Shown in pieces: positions 17,579 to 27,700 of a DNA stretch of 64,000 nt (position 1 is its first letter; every line of letters begins with the position of its first letter). The stretch is taken from contig JAEUKX010000102.1 in assembly GCA_016794025.1 (NCBI GenBank), positions 1,538 to 65,537 of the forward strand, given 5' to 3'. The notes under the pieces were generated by a model. That model did not search any database. It saw only the letters and a program-made list of their open reading frames with translations, and had not been told where the DNA came from. The DNA comes from Rhodospirillales bacterium (lineage in GTDB: Bacteria; Pseudomonadota; Alphaproteobacteria; CACIAM-22H2). A program made the translations under genes and the position numbers.

Positions 17579-18520
17579 ATGGCTGCTTCGCCCCTGCGTA
17601 ATCTCCCCCCGATCTCGGCCCTGCGCGCCTTCGAGGCCGCGGCCCGGCTCAAGAGCTTCACGATGGCGGCGGACGAGCTGGGGCTGACGCAGAGCGCCAT
17701 CAGCCACCAGATCCACAGCCTCGAGGACCAGCTCGGCTTCGAGCTTTTCCACCGCGAGCCCCGCCGGATTGTCCTGACCGTGAAGGGCGAGAAGCTGGCG
17801 GCGTCCGTACGCGAGGGGCTTGGTGTCGTGGCGCAGGCGTTGCGCGAACTGACGCGCGTGGACAGCGGTCCGAGATTGACGGTCTCGACATTGCCCGGTT
17901 TCGCCGTGAAATGGCTGTTCCCGCGCCTGATCCGGTTCGACGAACGCCATCCCGAAATCGAGCTTGCGATCGCGACGACGGGCCAGCTGGCCGATTTCTC
18001 GGCCGGCGAGGTCGACGTCGCCATCCGCTATGGCACGGGGCGCTATCCGGGGCTGCATGTCGAGAAGATCCTCGACGAGGACATGTTTCCGGTCTGCGCA
18101 CCACGGCTGCTGAAGGGCCCCAAGGCCCTTCGTGTGCCGGCGGACCTGGCACGCGCGCCGCTCCTGCACGACGATATCCTGGCGCTCGACGGGCAATCGC
18201 CCGGCTGGCGCACCTGGTTCGACGTGGCGGGCGTGACGGACATCGACCTTTCCAAGGGGCGCCGCTTCGGTCAGTCGAACATGTCGATCCAGGCCGCCAT
18301 CGAAGGCCTTGGCGTGGCACTTGGGCGTTCGCCGTTGGTGGTCGACGATCTCGCCGCGGGGCGCCTCGTCCGGCCCTTCGACATCTCCGCGCCCAGCGGC
18401 TACGCACACTATCTGGTTTGTCCGGCCCGTTCGCTGGCGATCCCGAAGGTGGCCGCGTTCCGCGATTGGCTGCTCGAGGAGGCGAAAGCCTCGACACGCC
18501 TCAACGCGGCCGCCGCCTAG
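17579..18520 (+). CDS. LysR-family transcriptional regulator (GcvA/AmpR-like)
   Basis: HTH LPPISALRAFEAAARLKSFTMAADELGLTQSAISHQIHSLE. It is divergent from the 2OG oxygenase. Confidence 0.85.
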   Translation: MAASPLRNLPPISALRAFEAAARLKSFTMAADELGLTQSAISHQIHSLEDQLGFELFHREPRRIVLTVKGEKLAASVREGLGVVAQALRELTRVDSGPRLTVSTLPGFAVKWLFPRLIRFDERHPEIELAIATTGQLADFSAGEVDVAIRYGTGRYPGLHVEKILDEDMFPVCAPRLLKGPKALRVPADLARAPLLHDDILALDGQSPGWRTWFDVAGVTDIDLSKGRRFGQSNMSIQAAIEGLGVALGRSPLVVDDLAAGRLVRPFDISAPSGYAHYLVCPARSLAIPKVAAFRDWLLEEAKASTRLNAAAA

Positions 18521-19080
18521 CGCGCGAAAGCGGCGCGGAAGCGAGTGCGCGTTTCGGCACCGTGGATATACGCATAGTCCTGCGGACTAGGTTCGCCCGC
18601 CACGACCTTGAGGGCGCGGAAGACCGGACCCGGCTTGGCGAGGATATGCGGGATCTCCGCCTCGAACTCGGCAAGCGTTGAAATCGCGGCGGCATCGGCG
18701 ATGCCCGCACCACGCGCGATCGCGGCGAAGTCCAGCGACCCGTTCGAGGGGAGCGGATGGCTACCGTTCGCCTCGTAGACGCCATTGACGAACACGAGGT
18801 GCGCGAAATTGGCCGGCGCCGCCGCGGCGACCGTCGCTAGGCTTCCCAGATTCATCAGCAGGCTGCCGTCGCCGTCGAGCACGATGATGCGCCGGTCCGG
18901 CCGGCCGAGTGAAAGGCCAAGACCGTGCGAGGAGGCAAGCCCCATCGCGCCGATCGACAGATAGTTCAGATCGCGCGGTGCGATCCGCATCCAGTCGAAT
19001 GCCGCCTGGTATGTGGCCACGATGGCTTCTTCGCGCACGTGGCGCGCGAGCAGCTTCAGGCACGCGTCGCGCTTCATCAT
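18517..19080 (-). CDS. ThDP-dependent 2-oxoacid decarboxylase, beta (PP-binding) subunit, ComE/Ppd-like
   Basis: 187 aa. ThDP motif LDGDGSLLMNLGSLATV...FVNG. The size and architecture match split sulfopyruvate/phosphonopyruvate decarboxylases. Confidence 0.75.
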   Translation of the reverse strand: MMKRDACLKLLARHVREEAIVATYQAAFDWMRIAPRDLNYLSIGAMGLASSHGLGLSLGRPDRRIIVLDGDGSLLMNLGSLATVAAAAPANFAHLVFVNGVYEANGSHPLPSNGSLDFAAIARGAGIADAAAISTLAEFEAEIPHILAKPGPVFRALKVVAGEPSPQDYAYIHGAETRTRFRAAFAR

Positions 19081-19595
19081 GCCGGCACCGAGGGCGGGCG
19101 CCCGATCAGCACGCAGACCGGGCGCGAAGCGGCGTAGGCGGTCTCGATCGCGGGCGCGATCGCGCTTACGTCGTCATCGGTCTCGACGAGGTGGTGCGCG
19201 ATCCCCATCGCATCGAGGATCGGCTCGACGATGTTGACCGAGACCTTCGTCGACCGCGATGGCGCGACACCGGGTTCCTTTCCCTGCAGGCCGACCAGCA
19301 TGACGACCGGCTGCTGATACTCCACGGCGACGGCACGGATCGCATTCACCGAATCGAGGAAGCCGGTCTGCTGCATCAGAAGGATGGCACGCTTGCCCGC
19401 GAAGGAAAGACCTGTGCAGATCGCGACGCCTTCATCCTCCTTGCAGATGCGCACGAGCCGGAAATCCGGGTCGCGGGAGATCGGCCAAAGCAGGCCGTCG
19501 CTTGTCACGATGTCGGGAAGCGCCACGACGAACCCGACACCTGCCGATTTCAAGGCGGCGATGATCCGGCCGCCGCCGGGCGGTTGGGTCGTCAT
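19077..19595 (-). CDS. ThDP-dependent 2-oxoacid decarboxylase, alpha (pyrimidine-binding) subunit, ComD-like
   Basis: ATG at 19595 (MTTQPPGGGRIIAALKSAGVGFVVALPD...EDEGVAICTG) forms ATGA overlaps at both ends. The rest of ORF 19077..20048 is shadow. Confidence 0.75.
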   Translation of the reverse strand: MTTQPPGGGRIIAALKSAGVGFVVALPDIVTSDGLLWPISRDPDFRLVRICKEDEGVAICTGLSFAGKRAILLMQQTGFLDSVNAIRAVAVEYQQPVVMLVGLQGKEPGVAPSRSTKVSVNIVEPILDAMGIAHHLVETDDDVSAIAPAIETAYAASRPVCVLIGRPPSVPA

Positions 19596-20737
19596 GTCTC
19601 GCCCCGCAGGTAGGCTCCCAGCGCCTCGAGCGTGGCACCCGTATCCTCCGGCGTGCCGATGCCGATGCGCAGTTCGCGGAGATGTTCGGGATCGCGCCAG
19701 TCGCGAACGAAGATGCCGCGCGCCTCGAGCGCCGCCATTGCCTTGGCGGCCGGCCCTTCGAGCACGCAGGACACGAAATTCGCCGCACTCGGCAGGACAC
19801 GCAGTCCGAACTGGGCGAGCCCCTTGGCAAGACGGGCACGCTCCGTCGCGATCCGGTCGAGCAGGCTGGCCAGATAGGCATCGTCTTCGAATGCCGCGAG
19901 CGCGCCCACCTGGCTCAATGTCGGAACGTTGAACTGCAGCTTTGCGCGCCGGAAGGCCTCGGCCACGCTGTCGTCGCCACATAGCGCATATCCGACGCGC
20001 AGGCCTGCGCAGGCGTAGGCCTTCGAGAAGGTGCGCGTGACGAGCCACGGTCCCTTGCGGCTGCGCAGGATCGCCAGCACGTCAGGCCCGCCGGCATGGC
20101 GGCCAAACTCGCAATACGCCTCGTCGACGAGCAGGAGGACGTCGTCGGGCACGCCCCGCGCGACGGCGGCCAGCGCCTCGGCGGACATCATCCCGCCGGA
20201 CGGCGGATTGGGCGTGCAGCAGAACACCAGCCGCGTGCGCGGCCCGATTGCCGCAAGCAGCCCTTCCGGATCGCAAGCGCCGCCTGCGTCGAGCTTCACG
20301 CGCCGCACGATCGCACCGGCAAGCTTCGTGGATATCGCGTAGCGCGGGAAGCTGGGTGCCGGGACAACCGCTTCGTCGCCCGGTGCAAGCGTGACGACCG
20401 TCGCGAAATGGATCAGTTCGTCGCTGCCGCAGCCGAACAGGATCCGCGATTGCGCGATGCCTGTCGCGGCGGCGATGCGGTTGCCGAGCGCGCGCGCGAA
20501 GATGTCGGGATAGCGATTGATGTCGTGCATGGCTGCCGACATCGCTTCGACGACGCGCGGCGAGGGCGGGTACGGCGACTCGTTGAGATGGATGAGGCGC
20601 GGCCTCGTCGCTTCGTCCGGAAAATCCGCGAACGTGACCGGCCCCCGGTACGCAGGAAGGCCACGGACGGTCGATGCCGCCCATTCTAGATTCTCAGTGG
20701 CTCCGGGAGGGGGGGTGCCGGTCTTCATGGAGATCAA
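19592..20737 (-). CDS. Class I/II PLP aminotransferase, histidinol-phosphate aminotransferase (HisC)-like
   Basis: 381 aa with LNESPYPPSP, CTPNPPSG, VDEAYCEF and TFSKAYACAGLRVGY (PLP lysine context). Confidence 0.8.
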   Translation of the reverse strand: MISMKTGTPPPGATENLEWAASTVRGLPAYRGPVTFADFPDEATRPRLIHLNESPYPPSPRVVEAMSAAMHDINRYPDIFARALGNRIAAATGIAQSRILFGCGSDELIHFATVVTLAPGDEAVVPAPSFPRYAISTKLAGAIVRRVKLDAGGACDPEGLLAAIGPRTRLVFCCTPNPPSGGMMSAEALAAVARGVPDDVLLLVDEAYCEFGRHAGGPDVLAILRSRKGPWLVTRTFSKAYACAGLRVGYALCGDDSVAEAFRRAKLQFNVPTLSQVGALAAFEDDAYLASLLDRIATERARLAKGLAQFGLRVLPSAANFVSCVLEGPAAKAMAALEARGIFVRDWRDPEHLRELRIGIGTPEDTGATLEALGAYLRGET

Positions 20738-20819
20738 GGCCGCTTCGGTTGTCCGATGACGGTAGGTTCCGCCGCGGCGGCTGTCGAATGAGTTCGAATG
20801 GGCCGCGGAACGGTGCTGC

Positions 20820-21794
20820 TCATGCGCCGGCGCGGCGTGCCGAGGCGCGGTGCAGGAGCCGGGCGAGTGTATCGAGGACCGGGGTTACCACACCCGACAT
20901 GGCGCCGATTTCGGCAGGTGCATCCAGCAGGGCGGCCGTCTCGAGCGGGCGGCCTGCCTCGATGTCCTGCAACGTTGACGTCCGGAAGTGGCCAAGCCGC
21001 CGGGCGGCTTCCAGGCGCTCCTCTACGTCGACCTCGACTGGCGTCCCGGCTGCCGCGGCCACTGCCTTGAGTTCGCGGACCGTGTCTGCGCAGATCGCCC
21101 GAAGCGCCGGATCGTCGAGGATTTCGACGACGGTCGTGCGCGTGAGGGCAGAGACCGAATTGAAGCCGGCGTTTCCGAGAAGTTTCATCCAGACATCCCG
21201 GCGGATGTCGATCGATTCCTCGATCTCGAGGCCGGCGATGCGCAGCGTGGCGGCGATCGCGGGGACGTCCGCGACGCAGTCGCCGGATACGGGACCCAGG
21301 ATAAGGCGACGGCCGGTTGGCCAGTCGATGCGTCCGGGAGCCGGGCGCGATGCCGCCATGTAGACGACACATCCCACGAGATTGGCGGGCGCGAAGGCCG
21401 ATGTGAGCGTGCCGGAGGGGTCAAGCGTTGCGAGTCGCGCGTCGCGATGAGCGCCGCTCCGGCCGAAGAAATACCACCACGGAATCCCGTTGATCGCGGG
21501 CAGGACGGACGTGCGCGGCCCGACGAGCGGCTGGATCACGCCGGCGAGACCGGCCCAGTCATGTGCCTTGGCTGTGCCGATGATCACGTCGCACGGGCCG
21601 CAGCCTTCCGTCGCCTCAACCACCTCGGGCCTCGACCTCTCCAGCCGTCCGTCGCGCGACACATGCAGGCCGTCGCGCGCGATGGCCTTCGCGGTTTCGC
21701 CGCGCGCGACAAGAATCGGCTTCAGGCCGGCGAAGGCAAGTGCGTGGGCGATCGCGCCCCCGATCGCCCCGGCGCCGACAACGGCGATACGCAT
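20820..21794 (-). CDS. 2-dehydropantoate 2-reductase (PanE/ApbA) family oxidoreductase
   Basis: 324 aa. N-terminal MRIAVVGAGAIGGAIAHAL Rossmann fold and a C-terminal ...STLQDIEAGRPLE motif, both typical of the family. Confidence 0.8.
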   Translation of the reverse strand: MRIAVVGAGAIGGAIAHALAFAGLKPILVARGETAKAIARDGLHVSRDGRLERSRPEVVEATEGCGPCDVIIGTAKAHDWAGLAGVIQPLVGPRTSVLPAINGIPWWYFFGRSGAHRDARLATLDPSGTLTSAFAPANLVGCVVYMAASRPAPGRIDWPTGRRLILGPVSGDCVADVPAIAATLRIAGLEIEESIDIRRDVWMKLLGNAGFNSVSALTRTTVVEILDDPALRAICADTVRELKAVAAAAGTPVEVDVEERLEAARRLGHFRTSTLQDIEAGRPLETAALLDAPAEIGAMSGVVTPVLDTLARLLHRASARRAGA

Positions 21795-22014
21795 CGAACC
21801 TCAATCGTTGGGCCGAACCCGCTATCCGGGCTTCGGCACTGCCAATGCAGACGAGACTAGACGCAACTGAGATGTCGGGCACGAAGTTTGCGACGCGGGC
21901 AGGACGCGAAGGCTGACGGCAAGTCTTGGCGCGCATCTAATATTCCAATGAAGGGGGTTCATGGCGCAGCCGTCCGGTTTGCGTGTAGTCTTTCCGACGA
22001 ACGGGAGACGGGAA

Positions 22015-23040
22015 ATGGCCAATACGCCGACGCGCATCACCACCGACATCGAGTTCGGCCGGCAGGGGCGCCAGCTCGGGCATCTGCGCCTGATCCATTC
22101 CGACAACCGGCACGCTTTCAGCGTGATCCCCATCCCGATCGCGGTCATCGCCAACGGTAGCGGCCCGACGATCCTCCTGACGGCCGGGAACCATGGCGAC
22201 GAGTACGAAGGGCAGGCGCTGCTGCATGGTCTTCTTCGCGGCATCGATATCGCGAGTATCCGGGGCAGGCTGATCGTCCTGCCGGCTCTCAACTATCCCG
22301 CGGTCTTGGCGGCGGCCCGTGTATCGCCCCTCGACGACGGCAACCTGAACCGGGCTTTTCCGGGTGACCCCGATGGGTCGCCGACGTCGGCCATCGCGCA
22401 CTACGTCGAGACAGTCCTGCTTTCAATGGTACAGGGAGCGGCTGACATCCATTCGGGCGGCAGCGCCACTGTCTACGCCCCGAGCGTCTATCTTCACTGC
22501 GGTGGCGGACCCGACCTTCTGCGTCGCAAGCTTGCGGGCGCACGCGCGTTCGGCGCGCCTTTCACGGTCTGCGCACGTGCGACATCGGACAGCCGGTCGA
22601 TGTCGGCAGCCTGTGACCGGCTCGGTGTTCCGATGATTTCGACCGAGCTGGCCGGCGGCGGCACGATCGATCCAGAAGCACTTGCGATCGGGCGGGCAGG
22701 CCTCATGCGGCTGCTGGTCCATTTCGGCGTGGTCGACGGGGAGCCGCCTGCCGATCACCGTCATGCCACACGACTTGTCTCGCCGACCGGCCCGGCTTCC
22801 TCGGTCATGGCGCCGACGGAAGGAATCTTCGAACCACTCCATGGTGTCGGCGCCGAGGTGCGCAAGGGCGCGCTTGCCGGCTACGTCCATCCGATCGGCG
22901 AGCTCGAGCGCCCGTATGCAGCGATGGAATTCGCCCATGACGGGATCGTGCTCGTGAAGCGCGTGCCCTCGCTCGTCCGGCGCGGCGACTATCTCTACCG
23001 CCTTGCCTGCGAGATCGACGAGAAGACCCTGTTCGCCTGA
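22015..23040 (+). CDS. Succinylglutamate desuccinylase/aspartoacylase (AstE/AspA, DoeB-like) family zinc deacylase
   Basis: ATG at 22015 follows GGGAGA. It has LLTAGNHGDEYEG and DGNLNRAFPG, which are family hallmarks. Confidence 0.75.
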   Translation: MANTPTRITTDIEFGRQGRQLGHLRLIHSDNRHAFSVIPIPIAVIANGSGPTILLTAGNHGDEYEGQALLHGLLRGIDIASIRGRLIVLPALNYPAVLAAARVSPLDDGNLNRAFPGDPDGSPTSAIAHYVETVLLSMVQGAADIHSGGSATVYAPSVYLHCGGGPDLLRRKLAGARAFGAPFTVCARATSDSRSMSAACDRLGVPMISTELAGGGTIDPEALAIGRAGLMRLLVHFGVVDGEPPADHRHATRLVSPTGPASSVMAPTEGIFEPLHGVGAEVRKGALAGYVHPIGELERPYAAMEFAHDGIVLVKRVPSLVRRGDYLYRLACEIDEKTLFA

Positions 23041-23041
23041 A

Positions 23042-24583
23042 CTAGTCGGCGCGGAAATTGTCCGCCAGGGTCGTCTCGTCGCGCCGCGGCACGTAGCGTA
23101 TCCCGCGCTTCGCGGCCCAGACATTCACCTGATAGTGCGTCGGAACGATCGCGATGTCGGCGTTGGAAAGGCGCGTGACTTCGGCGAGATCGGCCTGCCG
23201 CTTCGCCGGGTCGAGTTCGGTCTCCGCCGCCTCGAGCAGCCGGTCGGCGCTCGCGTTCGACCAGTTCCCGTAATTGTTGGCCGCCTTGGAATGGAAGGTC
23301 TCCCGCATCACGAGCAGCGGGTCGGTCGAGCTGTGGCCCCAGCCGACCTGAAGGAAAGTGAATTCGCGGTTGCGCGCCTGCGTGAAGTAGTTGGCGACCT
23401 GCATGGGCTGGACCATAACTTCGATGTTGAGGCGTGCGAGCATCTGCGCGACCGCTTGCGCGAGATTCACGTCATTGACGTATCGGCCGTTGGTCGTGTG
23501 GATGGTCAGCTTGAAACCGTCGCCGAGCCCGGCTTCCGCCATCAGCCGGCGCGCGCGAGGAAGATCGACCGTCGGCGGCTGGAGATCGGCAATGTAGCCC
23601 GAATGGCCCTGGAGGGGTATCTGGTTCGCGACGACGGCGAGCCCCTCCATCAGCCGCTCGACGAGCGCCCGCTTGTCGACCACAAGGCTGACGGCTTCGC
23701 GTACGCGGCGGTCCCGGAACGGATTGGGGATCGCCTTGCCGTCACGCGCGGTCGCGAACGGCGTCGTTTCCCGTGCGACGTCCATCGCCCAGAACATGAC
23801 GCGGTTCGAAACGCCTTTCGACAGCACGAACCGCTGGTCGCGGGACAACTTGTCGACATCGCTCGTCGGCACCTCGCTGATCGCATCGACTTCGCCCGTC
23901 AGAAGGGCCGCGAGCCGTGAGGCGGGCGTCTTCATCGGCCGGAAGGTCACGCGGTCCCAGCGGGGTTTCGTGCCCCAGTAGTGCGGATTTGCCTGCAGCA
24001 CGAGCCGCTCGCCCGGCACGAACTCCACGAACCGGTAGGGTCCGGTGCCGTTCGCGGCAGCCCCGGAAAGGAATGCAGCCGGACCCGTGCCCGGCCCGAT
24101 CCGGTGATCGACGACGGCGATATGCGCAAGATTGGCCGGCAGCAGCGGATTGGGCTGCTTCGTCCGCACGCGCAGCGTCCGCGCGTCGATTGCCTCGACC
24201 TTTTCGACGCTGCGGAGATGGCGGCTGTAGGTGGATGGCGCGCCGGGCACGGCCGGGGCGCGCGTGATCGAGAAGGCGGCATCCTCGGCCGTGACCGGCG
24301 CGCCATCATGGAAGGTGGCGCCGGCGCGGATCTTGAATTCCCAGACGAGCGGCGCTTCGACAAGGCGCCAGCTCTCTGCAAGGCCGGGCAGCAGTTCCTC
24401 GCCGTCGCCGATGCGCACGAGCGAGTCGAAGATGTGCATGCGCGCATCCACGTTCGGGCCAAGTTCCTGCGCGTGCGGGTCGATATAGGTCGGCTCGCTC
24501 GCTGTTCCGACGCGCAGATCAGCCGCCGCGGCCTGACCGGCAAGGAGCGCTGCGAGCGCGAAGGAAACATATCGGATGGACAT
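23042..24583 (-). CDS. ABC transporter substrate-binding protein, family 5 (peptide/opine/nickel)
   Basis: 513 aa with signal peptide MSIRYVSFALAALLAGQAAAA. Typical SBP_bac_5 segments are present (GTGPYRFVEFVPGERLVLQANPHYWG). No cognate permease or ATPase gene is adjacent. Confidence 0.8.
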   Translation of the reverse strand: MSIRYVSFALAALLAGQAAAADLRVGTASEPTYIDPHAQELGPNVDARMHIFDSLVRIGDGEELLPGLAESWRLVEAPLVWEFKIRAGATFHDGAPVTAEDAAFSITRAPAVPGAPSTYSRHLRSVEKVEAIDARTLRVRTKQPNPLLPANLAHIAVVDHRIGPGTGPAAFLSGAAANGTGPYRFVEFVPGERLVLQANPHYWGTKPRWDRVTFRPMKTPASRLAALLTGEVDAISEVPTSDVDKLSRDQRFVLSKGVSNRVMFWAMDVARETTPFATARDGKAIPNPFRDRRVREAVSLVVDKRALVERLMEGLAVVANQIPLQGHSGYIADLQPPTVDLPRARRLMAEAGLGDGFKLTIHTTNGRYVNDVNLAQAVAQMLARLNIEVMVQPMQVANYFTQARNREFTFLQVGWGHSSTDPLLVMRETFHSKAANNYGNWSNASADRLLEAAETELDPAKRQADLAEVTRLSNADIAIVPTHYQVNVWAAKRGIRYVPRRDETTLADNFRAD

Positions 24584-24671
24584 TGTCGGGCCCCCGGACG
24601 GCTGTCAGTTCCGGAACGCAGGGACTGCGTCCCGGTCGATTACCATGCAAACACCCTGCCTGAAGATGGAT

Positions 24672-26336
24672 TCAGCGCAGGAACGGCAGGTCGAGCGCCT
24701 TCTCGCGCGCGCAGTCGATCGCTTCCTCGTAGCCGGCATCCGCATGGCGCATGACGCCGGTGGCGGGATCGTTCCACAGCACGCGGCCAACCCGCTTTTC
24801 CGCTTCGGGCGTTCCGTCGCACACGACGACCATGCCGGCGTGCTGGGAAAATCCCATGCCGACGCCGCCGCCGTGATGCAGCGAAACCCACGTCGCGCCG
24901 CTTGCGCAGTTGAGCAACGCGTTGAGCAGCGGCCAGTCCGACACCGCGTCCGAGCCGTCCTTCATCGCTTCCGTCTCGCGGTTGGGGCTCGCGACGGAGC
25001 CCGAGTCGAGGTGGTCACGACCGATCACCAGCGGGGCCTTGAGTTCGCCCTTGCGGACCATCTCGTTGAAGGCGATGCCGAGCCGGTGCCGGTCACCGAG
25101 ACCGACCCAGCAGATTCGTGCGGGCAGGCCCTGGAACTTGATCCGCGTGCGCGCCATGTCGAGCCAGTGGTGCAGGTGGCGGTTGTCGGGCAGCAGCTCC
25201 TTCACCTTTGCGTCGGTGCGGTAGATGTCCTCCGGATCGCCGGAAAGCGCTGCCCAGCGGAACGGCCCGATGCCGCGGCAGAATAGCGGCCGGATATAGG
25301 CCGGCACGAAGCCGGGGAACGCAAAGGCGTCTTCCACGCCCTCGTCGCGCGCGACCTGGCGGATGTTGTTCCCGTAGTCGAGCGTGGGCACGCCCATCCG
25401 GTGGTAGGCAAGCATCGCCCGCACATGTTCGGCCATCGATCTGCGCGACGCCTTCTCGACGGCCTTCGGATCGCTTTCGCGCGCGGCCTCCCACTGCGCG
25501 ATGGTCCAGCCGCGCGGCAGGTAGCCGTTGACCGGATCGTGCGCCGAGGTCTGGTCGGTCACGACATCGGGGCGGATGTTCCGGCGGAGCATCTCCGGCA
25601 GGATCTCGGCGGCATTGCCGAGCAGGCCTACCGAAACGGGCTTTCGCGCGCGTACGCTCTCGCCCACGATTGCCATCGCCTCGTCGAGCGTGTCGGCCCG
25701 GCGGTCCAGATAGCCGGTGCGCAGGCGCATCTCGATGCGGCTTGGCTGGCATTCGATTGCAAGGCACGACGCCCCGGCCATCGTCGCGGCGAGCGGCTGG
25801 GCGCCCCCCATGCCGCCGAGCCCAGCGGTCAGGATCCACTTCCCGGAAAGGTCGCCGCCATAGTGACGCCGGCCGACCTCGACGAACGTCTCGTAGGTGC
25901 CCTGCACGATGCCTTGCGTACCGATATAGATCCACGAGCCAGCGGTCATCTGGCCGTACATCATCAGGCCCTTGCGATCGAGCTCGTGGAAATGATCCCA
26001 GGTCGCCCAGTGCGGCACGAGGTTCGAGTTGGCGATCAGCACGCGCGGTGCATCGGCGTGCGTGCGGAAGACACCCACCGGCTTGCCCGACTGCACAAGC
26101 AGCGTCTGGTCGTCTTCGAGCGTCTTCAGCGCCGCCACGATGCGGTCGAATGCCTCCCAGTTGCGTGCGGCGCGGCCGATTCCGCCGTAGACGACAAGCT
26201 CACCCGGCCGTTCGGCCACCTCCGCGTCAAGGTTGTTCATGAGCATGCGCAGCGCCGCTTCGGTCTGCCAGCTCCTGGCCGTCCTTTCGGAGCCGCGGGG
26301 TGCGCTGATGCGGCGTTCGTTGTCGATGCGCGTCAT
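24672..26336 (-). CDS. hutU: Urocanate hydratase
   Basis: ATG at 26336 ([17 protein letters not shown]...). It has [37 protein letters not shown] and [10 protein letters not shown]. 554 aa. Confidence 0.9.
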   Translation of the reverse strand: MTRIDNERRISAPRGSERTARSWQTEAALRMLMNNLDAEVAERPGELVVYGGIGRAARNWEAFDRIVAALKTLEDDQTLLVQSGKPVGVFRTHADAPRVLIANSNLVPHWATWDHFHELDRKGLMMYGQMTAGSWIYIGTQGIVQGTYETFVEVGRRHYGGDLSGKWILTAGLGGMGGAQPLAATMAGASCLAIECQPSRIEMRLRTGYLDRRADTLDEAMAIVGESVRARKPVSVGLLGNAAEILPEMLRRNIRPDVVTDQTSAHDPVNGYLPRGWTIAQWEAARESDPKAVEKASRRSMAEHVRAMLAYHRMGVPTLDYGNNIRQVARDEGVEDAFAFPGFVPAYIRPLFCRGIGPFRWAALSGDPEDIYRTDAKVKELLPDNRHLHHWLDMARTRIKFQGLPARICWVGLGDRHRLGIAFNEMVRKGELKAPLVIGRDHLDSGSVASPNRETEAMKDGSDAVSDWPLLNALLNCASGATWVSLHHGGGVGMGFSQHAGMVVVCDGTPEAEKRVGRVLWNDPATGVMRHADAGYEEAIDCAREKALDLPFLR

Positions 26337-27550
26337 TTTCCCTCCGTCGGCCGGCCGTGCCGGACGCGTTCGTGAAGCGGATTGAACCCGATCCGGTACA
26401 CCAGCTCGGCCGGCCGATCGACGTCCCAGATTGCCAGATCGCAGGACTTGCCGGCCTCGAGCGTGCCCGTTTCCCGGTCGAGGCCGAGTGCGCGCGCCGC
26501 CTCGCGCGTGACGCCCGCGATGCATTCGGCGACCGTCAGGCGGAACAGCGTTGCGGCCATGTTCATCGCGAGCAGGAGCGACGTCATCGGGGATGTTCCC
26601 GGATTGCAGTCGGTCGAGACGGCGATCGGCACGCCATGCCGGCGCAGCGCGTCGATGGGCGGAAGCTTCGTTTCGCGCAGCACGTAGAATGCGCCAGGCA
26701 GAAGCACCGCGACGGTCCCGGCCGCGGCCATGGATGCGGCGCCCTCGTCCCCGGTCCATTCGAGATGATCGGCCGACAGCGCGTTGTGGCGTGCTGCAAG
26801 CGCGGCACCGCCGAGATCCGACAACTGGTCGGCATGAAGCTTCACGGGCAGGCCAAGCCGGCGGGCGGTCTCGAACACGCGTTCGATCTGCGCGGGTGAA
26901 AAGGCGATGCCTTCGCAGAATCCGTCGACGGCGTCGGCAAGGCCATCGCGCGCCACCGCCGGAAGCATCTCGTCGCAGACCCTCGCGATGTAGGCGTCCT
27001 TGTCGCCGTCCGTCTCCGGCGGCATCGCGTGCGCGCCGAGGAACGTTGTGCGGATCGTCACGTCGCGGGCTTCGCCCAGGCGCCGCGCCGCACGAAGCAT
27101 GCGCGTTTCGCTCGCGACGTCGAGACCGTAGCCGGATTTCACTTCGACCGTCGTGGCGCCTTCCGCGAGCAGCCTGTCGAGACGGGGCAGGGACTGCCGG
27201 ACAAGTTCCTCTTCGCTCGCAGTCCGCGTTGCGCGCACGGTCGACGCGATGCCGCCCCCGGCCCGGGAAATCTGTTCGTAGCTCGCCCCTTCGAGGCGCA
27301 TTTCGAATTCGCCCGCGCGGTCGCCCGCGAATACGAGATGGGTATGGCAGTCGATCAGACCGGGCGTGATCAGGCGCCCGTCACAGTCGATCCGCCTTGC
27401 CGCGTCCATCGCCGGCGCGTCGGCGGCGGGTCCCGCATATACGATGCGTCCGTTGCGGCATGCGACAAGGCCGCGCTCGACGATGCCCGTTCCGCCGGCA
27501 AGCGCCAGCAGGCGTGCATTCGACCAGATCCCGTCGACCGTGGCTGTCAT
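26333..27550 (-). CDS. hutI: Imidazolonepropionase
   Basis: 405 aa with [20 protein letters not shown] and a KLHADQL metal-site context. ATGA overlap with hutU. Confidence 0.9.
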   Translation of the reverse strand: MTATVDGIWSNARLLALAGGTGIVERGLVACRNGRIVYAGPAADAPAMDAARRIDCDGRLITPGLIDCHTHLVFAGDRAGEFEMRLEGASYEQISRAGGGIASTVRATRTASEEELVRQSLPRLDRLLAEGATTVEVKSGYGLDVASETRMLRAARRLGEARDVTIRTTFLGAHAMPPETDGDKDAYIARVCDEMLPAVARDGLADAVDGFCEGIAFSPAQIERVFETARRLGLPVKLHADQLSDLGGAALAARHNALSADHLEWTGDEGAASMAAAGTVAVLLPGAFYVLRETKLPPIDALRRHGVPIAVSTDCNPGTSPMTSLLLAMNMAATLFRLTVAECIAGVTREAARALGLDRETGTLEAGKSCDLAIWDVDRPAELVYRIGFNPLHERVRHGRPTEGK

Positions 27551-27647
27551 CTGATATCCATGCTGCCGGTGCGGACTGACACTGCCTGTCTGTCACACCG
27601 ATGCAGGGCCGATCAAGACGGCCGCATGCATGGACCCATAAACGCGA

Positions 27648-27677
27648 CACGCCCCGCTCCGGCAGGAGCGGGGCGTG
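27648..27677. terminator. Perfect 13-bp stem / 4-nt loop hairpin downstream of csp
   Basis: cacgccccgctcc-ggca-ggagcggggcgtg. On the minus strand it is followed by tcgcgTTTAT. Confidence 0.45.
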
Positions 27678-27700
27678 AACGAACAATGCCCCCAGATCGG

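Noticed and set aside
18517-19595. Naming the split ThDP enzyme as sulfopyruvate decarboxylase (comDE) or phosphonopyruvate decarboxylase
   Set aside because: Only the architecture and the ThDP motif are visible. No sulfoacetaldehyde-, sulfolactate- or phosphonate-pathway genes are nearby, so a specific substrate call cannot be supported without phylogeny.
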